Source of the DNA: an uncultured delta proteobacterium
GTDB lineage: Bacteria; Desulfobacterota; Syntrophia; Syntrophales; UBA5619
Assembly (NCBI GenBank): GCA_963817385.1
Contig: CAWFOM010000006.1
Location: 64,001 to 128,000 of the forward strand
Length of the DNA: 64,000 nt
Direction of reading: 5' to 3'
Part shown: one piece after another, positions 55,350 to 64,000 of the stretch
Numbering within the stretch: the first letter of the stretch is position 1
Layout: every line of letters starts with the position of its first letter
Notes under the pieces: model-generated
What the model was told of the DNA's origin: nothing
The model's input: the letters and a program-made list of their open reading frames with translations, nothing else
Database searches by the model: none
Made by a program: the position numbers and the translations under genes

Positions 55350-58300
55350 TCAGGGGGGCAGGGTGCGACGGCGCGGGTACTTCAGGTAGGGGATGACGGC
55401 GTCGTTCCTGGCTCCGCCGGTGCCGTCGTAGGTGATCGAGACGACCGGGACCCCCGTGACCGCCTCGATCTTGCGGGCCATCGCCTCGGTGACCAGCGAC
55501 GGGCAGCAGAAGGCCGGGCTCGTCTGGACAAAGAGCGCCACGTCGGGATGATATTTCTTGATGTAGTGCACTTTCAGGATATTGTCCATCGATTCGCCGG
55601 TGTGTTCTATCCGGAGGCCGTAGGGGGCAAGGATCTCTTCGGGATCCTCGTCAAACTCGGGGTCCGGCTCCTTGAGGATCCTTTGGAAGTATCGGTAGTA
55701 GATCTTCTCCTGCGGCGCGACCGCAGCCATGATGGCCCCGCCCGATAGGACGTTCAGGTAGTGCCCCTCGATGAGCCACTTGCGCATATACGGTCCGGCG
55801 ATCATCTTCGCGTAGGTGGAGTAAGGGGTTGTGATTACCTCGCCCCCCTGCTCCTCGATGAAATGGATCAGGTTCTGATTGATCGTATCATTATCCCGGG
55901 CGTAGAGATCTCCGAAGATCGCCACCTTCGGTCGCCGTGCCGAGCCGTCGGTGATGCGGGGAATTGCCTCGAAAAGCGATACGACCGCGCTGACTGCCTC
56001 CTCCTTGGATCGGCGGCCGAGGAATGCCCCTTCCAGGAGTGCAACGCTCGTACGGATCGCGGCGTCGGTCGTTCCCTTATCCCGTTCGTAGGGACGTATC
56101 CGGCAGCCCACGCGCCGGACGAGACCGCCGAACATGTAGGCGAGGTAGTTTCCCAGCGGCAGCTTCAGGGAGATGTCCGCCATCGTGATATTCCCCGCAT
56201 ACACCGTCGCCTTCTCCATTCCCTTTCCGTAGGCTTCCAGAATCGTCTTGATATGGTACGGATAAAGACGGAGGTTGCAGGCAATGGTGCCCGTCCCGAC
56301 CCACAGGGCGGTGCGAGCGGGGTCAAGCCCCTCTTCTTCGACGTAGTCGATGAACTCCTGGGCGATGATGTGGATGGGGATGCATTGGCCCGTATTCAGG
56401 CGGAGACTTTTCCGTATCGCCGCGTCGGTTTCCGGCAGAGACCGTGCGTCGAATCCCGCCTCCTTCAGGTTGGCCGTGATGAGCCTCGAGGTGATGTCGT
56501 CCCAGTTGGGAAGGATCAGTGTCTTGCCCTCCAGCGTATCCGTGTGGATCGGGGTAAGTGTAGCGGCAAGGGGTTTCGGTTGTTGTTCCCAGGAGAGAAG
56601 TTTTCGCAGCTCTTCCAGGGATGCCTCCGTCAGAGAACGGAGCTTCTCGAGAGGGGTGCCGGCCGGAATCTGCTCTGCCGCCGGTGCGGGGCGGGGGAGG
56701 GAGGCGTCATGGTTCCGAAACGTGCGGATCGCGGCCTCGATCCGGGTTTCGTAGCCCACCCGCGAATCGTGATCGTCGAGCTGGAGAATCAGGTAGGGTT
56801 TTGCGCAGGCGTCCATGATCTTCTTGAAATAATCGATGACAAAGGAGTCCGGCGAGCACTTGAACGAGGTAAGAAAGACCGGGTATGCGCCTTGCGTTCC
56901 GGCGACGATTGCGGCCGCCTCGAGGATTTTTGCCGCATAATGCCAGTGGATTTCCTTCAGGAGTGGCTCGATGAGGCCTGCCGCCTTCTTGTCGGTATCG
57001 AGCATGTCCTGGGTGAACGTCCTGATTCCCAGCGCCCCGAATATGTTCGGAATCCCCTTGTTCATCTCTTCCGAGAGGACTGTGTAAGGCCGGCCCAGGA
57101 GGACGATGTGGATCTCCTTAGCCCCTGCGGTCATTTTCCGGTAGAGTGCCCTCCATGTTGCGAGTGCGGTTTCATGGAAAGCGACCGCCTCGTCGTACGC
57201 GCCGGCGACGCTGAAGAAGCTCATCCCGGGATTGATCGCCTCGATCATCCGGTAGAGCTGCACCTTCGTGCTGAGCGCGGGGTAGAGGTAGTGGACAAGG
57301 GGGGTGAGTATCCGCTTTTCATTGTCCCGGCCTCCTGCGGCGCGAACGAGGGCCGGAGCGAATTGGGTATAGTAGCAGTACTGTCGCCGGAGGCCTTTCT
57401 CCCCGGTCCTTCTCTCCAGGGCAAATGGAGCGAAGACATAGTCGCACCTTGGAAGGAGCCAGTGGACGTGACCGTGGAGAGCCGCCAGCGGGGCGCAGAA
57501 TTCGGCCTGGGCGAGGCGCTTTCCCTCGCGGATTCCTTCCCGGCAGTCCTCGCTGGTTACGGTCTTGACGCCGAGCCGGGCGAAGAAATGCTCCCAGAGG
57601 GAAAGTTCATCGGCCAGATGGAGCGCCGCGGGCAGACCGATGGTGATCCCGCCGCCGGATTCCCGCCGCTTTACGGGGGAGAAGATGCGCTTGCGTTCCT
57701 TGAGGAGGTTGAAGCCGGAAGTGTTGTTGTTCACGAACTTCTTGATATCGTAGTCACGGCCGCACAAAAAACCGAAGGCGACCTTTCCTCCGTCCACATC
57801 GGCTACGGTGATCTTGCAGCGGTTGTTGCAAAGGCTGCATACCTCCGAGGCGATGGGGATCGGTCTTTTGTGGAAGCCGAGGCCGCGGAAGCGGCTTTGC
57901 GTGATCTTCGCATCGGCCATCATAAGCGCGATTCCCCAGGCGCCGGTGAGATGGCAGAATTTTGAAACGTGGATCGGCCTGCCCAAGCGCTGCTCGAACG
58001 CGGCGACGAGAGCGCGGTTCTTCGCCGTCGCTCCTTGGAAAAGGATCGTCTTCCCGATCGCCGCCTCTACGGCGACCTTTGTCAGGTAGTTCTCCGTGAT
58101 CGCATGGAGCGCCGCGGCGAGGACCTCGTCGATGCCGTACCCGGAGCCGAGATGATGGTTGATGTCCCGCTCCATGAACACAGTGCAACGGTTGCTTGTT
58201 ATCGGGGCGCGCCGGTTCTCCGCCCGTGCCGCATAATCGGCGAGTGTGCAGCCGAGGCGTTCGGCCTGCTCCTCGAGAAAGCTCCCCGTCCCCGCAGCGC

Positions 58301-59672
58301 AGACATTGTTCATGACGGAGAAGGTAACGATGCCGTTTGTGAGCGTGGTGAACTTCGAGTCCTGCCCGCCGATCTCGATGATCGTGTCCGCGTCGGGTCT
58401 AATCTCGACGGCGGCTCGGGCGTGGGCGGTGATCTCATCCGCGACGAGATCCGCCCGGATGATCTTCCCGATGAATTTTCTGCCGGAACCGGTCGCGCCC
58501 GCTCCGAGGATCGATAAACTCAAGGATCTTTTCGCTTCCAAGGTCTCCAGGGCGGCGAGAATCTTCTGGGTCGCGGCGACGGGACGGCCGGCGGTCCGGG
58601 TGTAGAACCCCGCGAGGACGGCGCCGGCGGGGGACATGAGGACGGCCTTGGTGCTCGTGGAGCCGACATCGATCCCGAGAAATGCCGCGCATCTCCCGTG
58701 GCGCGGCAGCTCTTCGGTAAGATCGATCTCAACGGGAGAGCGGTCGCCTGCAGAGCCTGATGTCTCCTCGTACCGCCCGATTCCCGCGAAATCCGGGTAA
58801 TCGGAGAGTTTCAGAACCAGGGGAGCGTGGAAGTAAGTTTTCACCGCGGCATCGGGAAGGAAGAGATCCTCCGTGAAGAGGAGACGCTTCTCCCGCTTGA
58901 TTCCGGCAGTCAGGGCGCTCAAGGCCGCTCCGATCGCCCCGAAGAAGGGAGCAAGCGGGTCCACGGTGAGTTTTTGGCCGAGGAGGGATTCGATATGGTT
59001 CACGACAGCGCGGTTTTTTGCGACGCCGCCGACAAAGGCAATCGGTTCGAGGGGAAGCGTCCCCGCAAAAAGGGTGTCCACGATGTTCCGCGCGAGACCC
59101 GCGCAGAGGCCGTCGCAGATCCCTTCCAGGGTGAAGCCTTCCTGCTGGGCATGGACAAGGTCTGTTTTGGCGAAGACGGCGCATCGGGAGGCGATCTGGG
59201 GAAGGGCGCCCCGGTTTTCGAGGGCGAGCGCGGCAAGGGTTCCGATACCGGGCAGATTCAGGCGCTGCGCCTGCTGGTCGAGGAAGCTCCCCGTGCCGGC
59301 GGCGCAGGAGGTGTTCGTTTTGCAGTCGAGATAGTTCCCCTCCTCGTCGAAGGTGATAAGGCTGAAACGCTCGCCCCCCACACTGAGAATGGCGCCCGCC
59401 TGTCCATGGAGGCGGCGCACCGCCTCCATGGCGCAAAGGCGATCATCATACCGGCCGTCGGCCGCAATGAGCGGGGGGGTGGCGGAGGTGGCGGCCACGG
59501 CTTCGATTCCGGTGAGGTCGAATCGGCCGATGACCTTCCGAAGGGAGCCTGTGAGGTCCCCGTGATGAAACACCCCGGCAGTCCCGAGGATTTTTCCGTG
59601 TGCATCGATTTCCGCCACATGAACGGAAACGGAACCGACGTCGATGCCGAGCAGGTGCGCTGTGCGATTCAT
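55350..59672 (-). CDS. Fused CoA-substrate-specific enzyme activase / 2-hydroxyacyl-CoA dehydratase-like protein (about 1440 aa)
   Basis: Two ASKHA activator modules (GIDVGS, CAAGTGSFL, RCxVF), then DUF2229-like regions (AEFCAP, SFKCSPDS, AFCCP). Confidence 0.9.
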   Translation of the reverse strand: MNRTAHLLGIDVGSVSVHVAEIDAHGKILGTAGVFHHGDLTGSLRKVIGRFDLTGIEAVAATSATPPLIAADGRYDDRLCAMEAVRRLHGQAGAILSVGGERFSLITFDEEGNYLDCKTNTSCAAGTGSFLDQQAQRLNLPGIGTLAALALENRGALPQIASRCAVFAKTDLVHAQQEGFTLEGICDGLCAGLARNIVDTLFAGTLPLEPIAFVGGVAKNRAVVNHIESLLGQKLTVDPLAPFFGAIGAALSALTAGIKREKRLLFTEDLFLPDAAVKTYFHAPLVLKLSDYPDFAGIGRYEETSGSAGDRSPVEIDLTEELPRHGRCAAFLGIDVGSTSTKAVLMSPAGAVLAGFYTRTAGRPVAATQKILAALETLEAKRSLSLSILGAGATGSGRKFIGKIIRADLVADEITAHARAAVEIRPDADTIIEIGGQDSKFTTLTNGIVTFSVMNNVCAAGTGSFLEEQAERLGCTLADYAARAENRRAPITSNRCTVFMERDINHHLGSGYGIDEVLAAALHAITENYLTKVAVEAAIGKTILFQGATAKNRALVAAFEQRLGRPIHVSKFCHLTGAWGIALMMADAKITQSRFRGLGFHKRPIPIASEVCSLCNNRCKITVADVDGGKVAFGFLCGRDYDIKKFVNNNTSGFNLLKERKRIFSPVKRRESGGGITIGLPAALHLADELSLWEHFFARLGVKTVTSEDCREGIREGKRLAQAEFCAPLAALHGHVHWLLPRCDYVFAPFALERRTGEKGLRRQYCYYTQFAPALVRAAGGRDNEKRILTPLVHYLYPALSTKVQLYRMIEAINPGMSFFSVAGAYDEAVAFHETALATWRALYRKMTAGAKEIHIVLLGRPYTVLSEEMNKGIPNIFGALGIRTFTQDMLDTDKKAAGLIEPLLKEIHWHYAAKILEAAAIVAGTQGAYPVFLTSFKCSPDSFVIDYFKKIMDACAKPYLILQLDDHDSRVGYETRIEAAIRTFRNHDASLPRPAPAAEQIPAGTPLEKLRSLTEASLEELRKLLSWEQQPKPLAATLTPIHTDTLEGKTLILPNWDDITSRLITANLKEAGFDARSLPETDAAIRKSLRLNTGQCIPIHIIAQEFIDYVEEEGLDPARTALWVGTGTIACNLRLYPYHIKTILEAYGKGMEKATVYAGNITMADISLKLPLGNYLAYMFGGLVRRVGCRIRPYERDKGTTDAAIRTSVALLEGAFLGRRSKEEAVSAVVSLFEAIPRITDGSARRPKVAIFGDLYARDNDTINQNLIHFIEEQGGEVITTPYSTYAKMIAGPYMRKWLIEGHYLNVLSGGAIMAAVAPQEKIYYRYFQRILKEPDPEFDEDPEEILAPYGLRIEHTGESMDNILKVHYIKKYHPDVALFVQTSPAFCCPSLVTEAMARKIEAVTGVPVVSITYDGTGGARNDAVIPYLKYPRRRTLPP

Positions 59673-59764
59673 AACTCGTTCCCCTTTCCACCGCGTATCG
59701 TAATGACTGTAGCACATAATATGATCCGGCATAGTATTATCTATGGATGGTAACGCTACATGCC

Positions 59765-59822
59765 CCCAAAAATATCCTGTCCCAAAAATATCCTTGACAC
59801 GCAAGATTCGCCCTCGTATCCT
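59765..59822 (+). promoter_or_regulatory. Sigma70-type promoter with abutting 14-bp direct repeats
   Basis: cccaaaaatatcct at 59765 and 59781; TTGACA 59794-59799, 17 bp, TATCCT 59817-59822. Confidence 0.7.
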
Positions 59823-59875
59823 CCCTCGCGGAAAAGCAAGTTCTTTTCCCCATTCACTGGATGGAGGTATGCACC

Positions 59876-61547
59876 ATGCCTGTAATGACAGGATCCCGTT
59901 TTTTCGCTGAGGCGATGCGGGGATACGGAGTCACCCACGTGTTCTTTGTGCCCGCGATACTGCCGGACGCCATGGCCGCAATGGACGACACGGGAGTAAC
60001 CCGGATACTAACCCACGGCGAGACGGCCGCCGGCTACATGGCCGATGGCTACGCCAGGGCTTCGGGCAAGCCGGGCGTCTGCCTGGCCCAGGCCGTCGGC
60101 TCGGCCAACCTGGCCGCAGGCATCAGGGATGCCTACCTCGCTTCCTCGCCGGTCATCGCCATCAGCGGCGGCCCCCACCCCGACTCCCGATACCGGCACC
60201 TCTATCAGGTGGTCGAGGATTTCCCCATGTTCGGGCCGATCACCAAGTTCAACGCCCGCGTGGATCACCCTCGCCGCCTGCCCGATCTTCTCCGCCAGGC
60301 GTTCCGAATGGCCACCTCCGGAGCGCCCGGACCGGTTCACCTGGAGATCCCGGGGCGCCATGGGGAAGCCATGGTTCAGGAGCCGATGGATTTCGAGCTG
60401 CTCTTCGAAGAAGAATTCAGCCGCTGCCCGGCCTATCGCCCCGAGGCGGACCCGGGCGCGGTCGCAAAAGCGGCCCGACTTCTGATGGAGGCGCAAAAGC
60501 CGATCATCGTGGCCGGAGGAGGAGTGGCGGCTTCCCGGGCCTGGTCGGAAGTGGTTGAGCTTGCCGAAAAACTCTCCGTGCCCGTGGCCACCTCGCTCAG
60601 CGGGAAAGGGACCATTCCCGACCATCATCCGCTGTCCGTCGGAGTGATCGGCACCTACTCCCGCTGGTGTGCGAACAGGGCCGTGGCCGATGCGGATCTC
60701 GTCTTCTTCATCGGCTCTCGCGCCGGCGGACATACGACCGCCAACTGGAGGATTCCTCGCCCCGGCACAACCGTGGTGCAGCTGGATATCGATCCGGCGG
60801 AGATCGGACGGAACTACCCGGCGAAGGTGGGGCTGTGCGGGGACGCCAGAGCGACCCTGCGCAGGCTGATCGATGCTGTCGGAACAAAGGCGGGTGAGAA
60901 AGGCTGGCTGGCGCACATCCGGCAGATGGTCGGCGAGTGGCGTTCCGAAGCGCAGCCCCTGCTGAACTCGGACGCGACTCCCATCCGGCCGGAGCGGCTC
61001 TGCAAGGAGATCGGCGAGATCCTGCCGCCCGGGGGCGTGGTCGTGTCCGACACGGGCCACGCGGCGATCTGGAGTTCCACCATGATCGACTTCACCAAGC
61101 CCGGCCAGAGGTACCTCCGCTGCGCGGGCACGCTGGGATGGGCTTTGCCGGCGTCGATCGGGGCCAAGTGCGCCCTGCCCGACAAGCCGGTGCTCTGCTT
61201 CACGGGCGATGGCGGACTTCTATTTCCACCTCTCGGAACTGGAGACGGCCGCCCGGATGGGAATCAATGTGGTCGTGGTGGTCAACAATAACCGCTCGCT
61301 CCAGCAGGTGAAGAGCATCGTCGATAACTCCTATGGGGGAAACCCCGAGGCGAAGGGGCGAGAGCTCTGGGTATTCAGGGAGACGAACTTCGCGCAGATC
61401 GCGGAGAACATGGGCTGCCTGGGGCTGCGGGTCGAACGGCCCGGCGATCTCCGGAATGCCCTGGAGCAGGCACTGGAGGCCCACCGGCCGGTGGTGGTGG
61501 ACGTCGTCACGGATATCGAGGCGCTGCCCCAGCCGCCGTGGTGCTAG
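59876..61547 (+). CDS. Thiamine pyrophosphate-dependent enzyme (acetolactate synthase-like), frameshift near 61215
   Basis: HGETAAGYMADGYAR, PGPVHLEIP, TGDGG...VNNN TPP motif split across frames. Confidence 0.9.
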
Positions 61548-61719
61548 TCCGGATTATTTTCGATAATCAAAGTCCTAAAATATAATTGACAAAAGCTCTT
61601 CGCTTTACTTTTTTCCACGTACCTCCTCTGCAAAGGAAGGAACGGATAATATAGTGAAACAGGAAAAAACCAAGCTGGGCAAAAAGGAATATGAAATACC
61701 GTAAAGGGAGGTGCTCCTG

Positions 61720-62802
61720 ATGCCGGGTACAACAAAGTCGGTGGTCGTCGTCAGGCCGAAGTGTATGGAGACCTGGGAGTTTCCGCTCCCCGAGGTCGGG
61801 CCCCGGGACCTGCTCCTCAGGGTAGAGATGGTGGGGATCTGCGGCTCGGAGCCCAAGAAGTACCTGGGGACATCGGTCTGGAACCCGCCCTATCCCGTGA
61901 TCCTCGGGCATGAGATGGTGGGGTTCGTCCAGGAGATCGGAGATGAGGCCGCCCAGAGGTACCAGGTGGCTCTCGGCGATCGAATTGTCGTAGAGCCGTA
62001 CCTCTCATGCGGATGGTGTGAATTCTGCTCCACGGGCCACTACCAGCTTTGCGTGAACAGGCGCGTCTACGGCACGAGCGATTCCTGCGCGACGCCGCCC
62101 CATCTCTTCGGCGGATACGGCCGGCACCTCTTTGTCTCCTGGGGCTCCAAGGTCCACAAGATCCGGCCGGATGTGGCCCCGGAAGCGGCTCACCTGGCCA
62201 GCGTCATAGGAAACGGCATCCGCTGGGTCAGGACCAAAGGGCAGGTTCAGTTCCTGGAGAGCGTCGTCATTCTCGGCCCCGGCGCCCAGGGACTCGCGAG
62301 CGTCATAAGTGCGGTGGAGTCCGGCGCCGATCCGATCGTGGTGGTCGGACTCGCCAGGGATCACAAACGGCTGGCCCTTGCGGCCGAGTTCGGCGCCCAC
62401 TATACGCTGGTCGCCGACGAGGTCGATGTGATGGCGGCGGTCAGGAATATCACCTCCGGCAAGATGGCCTCCGTCGTCGTCGAGTGCACCGGCACGGGGC
62501 CCGGCATGAACTTGGCGTTGGACCTGGCCAGACCCCTCGGCAGGGTGTCTCTGCCGGGACTTCCGCACGCCGGGCAGCACGTCCCGCTGCTGATGGAAAA
62601 AGTGGTCCTGAAGGAGTTGACCCTGCGAGGCGCCCTGGGCCAGGTGGCCGAGGTCGCGGACGCGGTGAGGCTCATCAACTCCCGCCGGTACCCCATCGAG
62701 AAGATCGCGACTCACGTCTTCCCCCTGGAAGAGGCGGAGGAGGGAATGAAGCTGTTCATGAGTGGCGATCCGGACTGTATCCGGGTGGCCCTGAGGCCGT
62801 AA
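61720..62802 (+). CDS. Zinc-dependent medium-chain dehydrogenase
   Basis: GICGSE, GHE, CGWCEFC-x7-C, GPGAQG. Confidence 0.93.
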   Translation: MPGTTKSVVVVRPKCMETWEFPLPEVGPRDLLLRVEMVGICGSEPKKYLGTSVWNPPYPVILGHEMVGFVQEIGDEAAQRYQVALGDRIVVEPYLSCGWCEFCSTGHYQLCVNRRVYGTSDSCATPPHLFGGYGRHLFVSWGSKVHKIRPDVAPEAAHLASVIGNGIRWVRTKGQVQFLESVVILGPGAQGLASVISAVESGADPIVVVGLARDHKRLALAAEFGAHYTLVADEVDVMAAVRNITSGKMASVVVECTGTGPGMNLALDLARPLGRVSLPGLPHAGQHVPLLMEKVVLKELTLRGALGQVAEVADAVRLINSRRYPIEKIATHVFPLEEAEEGMKLFMSGDPDCIRVALRP

Positions 62803-62849
62803 GTCAGCCGCTTCCCTGAAGTTTCCCCGGCGAAACCATAAGTGCCTGC

Positions 62850-62948
62850 ACAATATTAACAGTCATGTTAAATTGTCCTTGCGGAAAGTATGCATGTTCG
62901 TTTGAAAGGCGCAACGTCTTGACAGCCTATTATCTGTTCCTGTAGAAT
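62850..62948 (+). promoter_or_regulatory. Palindromic site and sigma70-type promoter
   Basis: acaatattaaca-gtca-tgttaaattgt (62850-62876); TTGACA 62919, 18 bp, TAGAAT 62943. Confidence 0.55.
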
Positions 62949-63004
62949 CCAACTGTTGCTTACCTTCTGACAACCAAGCACAGGACCCGGAGATTAAAAC
63001 AACA

Positions 63005-63586
63005 TTGAGCAAGATAGCGATAATTGATATAGACAACACCCTCTGGCAATTCAGCGATGCTTTTTATCTGGAGTTGAAGAAAATCAACAAAGATTTTCCA
63101 ACGCCTGATCAGTGGTGCACCTATGACATTTGGGAGGGATACTGTTCGGTAGAGGCTTTTATCGCTGCGATCAACACGATTCACTATAATCAGGACAGCG
63201 ATCGATACCAACCCTACCCGGAATCGAAGGACTTTCTGTCATCATTGAAGGAAAATGGTTTTCATATCATCCTTGCCAGCCACCGGATGAAGGAAATGAG
63301 ACAGTCGACCGAACGATGGCTGGCGGATCATAGGCTCCCCTATGACGAACTTCATCTTTCCCTGGATAAGACCGTTCTCTTTCCAAATGTTGACATCGTC
63401 GTGGACGATTCACCGTTGACACTGGCAAAAGCAATAGAAAGTGGAGCTCTGGGAGCCGGGCTGTTGTTTCCGTGGAACGGGGCTTATTCCAGCAACGGGT
63501 TCAGACTTTTTCAAAACCTCAATGAGGTGCTGGACTACATTCTGAGGTCACCCTCCGGAAAAGGTGACAGATGCATTTTCCCTTAA
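63005..63586 (+). CDS. HAD-superfamily 5'(3')-nucleotidase-like protein
   Basis: DIDNT motif I, PYP, K, VVDDSP, PWN; TTG start; lower GC. Confidence 0.8.
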   Translation: MSKIAIIDIDNTLWQFSDAFYLELKKINKDFPTPDQWCTYDIWEGYCSVEAFIAAINTIHYNQDSDRYQPYPESKDFLSSLKENGFHIILASHRMKEMRQSTERWLADHRLPYDELHLSLDKTVLFPNVDIVVDDSPLTLAKAIESGALGAGLLFPWNGAYSSNGFRLFQNLNEVLDYILRSPSGKGDRCIFP

Positions 63587-63710
63587 GAAGACGGCCAAAA
63601 GCAAATCAACCCGACCGGGACTATCCCTTTGCCGGTTTGGTTCAAGGTGAGTGTCCGGCTCTGTGAAGGTGCCGACCAAAGTCTTTATCGAATAACAAAA
63701 GGAGTTTGCT

Positions 63711-64000
63711 ATGAAAGATATGGACTACATGCGTGTTGCCGAGGATAGCATCAACAAGATCAAAGAGGGGGCCTTCTTAACCGTTAGATCCGGGAATGCG
63801 CTTAACACCATGACCATCGGTTGGGCCACCTTCGGAGTTGTCTGGAGAAAACCGATTTTGATGGTAGCAGTACGGTCTAGTCGGCACACCTTTGGGATCA
63901 TCGAAGCGGCCAAGGATTTTACCGTTACAGTCCCGGCGGGAGACCTGCATGAAGAGACTGCGTATTGCGGCTCAAAATCCGGCCGGGACGTGGACAAGTT
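63711..64000 (+). CDS. Flavin reductase/flavoredoxin-family protein, 5' part (not in ORF track)
   Basis: Manual translation MKDMDYMRV...NTMTIGWA...VAVRSSRHT...CGSKSGRDVDK; AAGGAG RBS. Confidence 0.88.
   Translation, partial: MKDMDYMRVAEDSINKIKEGAFLTVRSGNALNTMTIGWATFGVVWRKPILMVAVRSSRHTFGIIEAAKDFTVTVPAGDLHEETAYCGSKSGRDVDK

Noticed and set aside
63590..63690. attC-like site between the HAD and flavin reductase genes
   Set aside because: The left part loosely resembles an attC arm, but there is no exact RYYYAAC, no matching GTTRRRY arm and no integrase

Overview
GC-rich bacterial chromosomal segment, most consistent with Desulfobacterota/Syntrophales (inferred from gene content and order). It carries scattered single-base frameshifts, densest at about 17.8-34.5 kb, that look like long-read consensus errors. 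Order: (1) 1-17.9 kb, minus strand, the dcw cluster (mraZ-rsmH-ftsL-ftsI-murE-murF-mraY-murD-ftsW-murG-murC-murB-ftsQ-ftsA-ftsZ', no ddl) preceded by ruvX and mltG; (2) a translation-related block (selB, YhaM-like HD nuclease, baeRF/Balon-like factor, lysine 2,3-aminomutase-efp-epmA); (3) tolQRAB-pal-cpoB and a convergent S41 peptidase/deacetylase/TPR/LolB-like unit; (4) pspC, IHF/HU, pgm, pyk, uup, rnhA; (5) a 10-kb accessory catabolic cluster (GntR, two TctC, a decayed ICL/PEP-mutase-family lyase, TctB, TctA, AtuA/DUF1446 + DUF4387, divergent PrpD, TcuA-like flavoprotein), the best candidate for an undescribed pathway; (6) a large CoA-dehydratase activase fusion, a TPP enzyme, a Zn-dehydrogenase, a HAD nucleotidase and a partial flavin reductase. 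Two families of short palindromic intergenic repeats recur. No rRNA, tRNA, CRISPR array or transposase was seen. All family assignments are by motif recognition, not database search.
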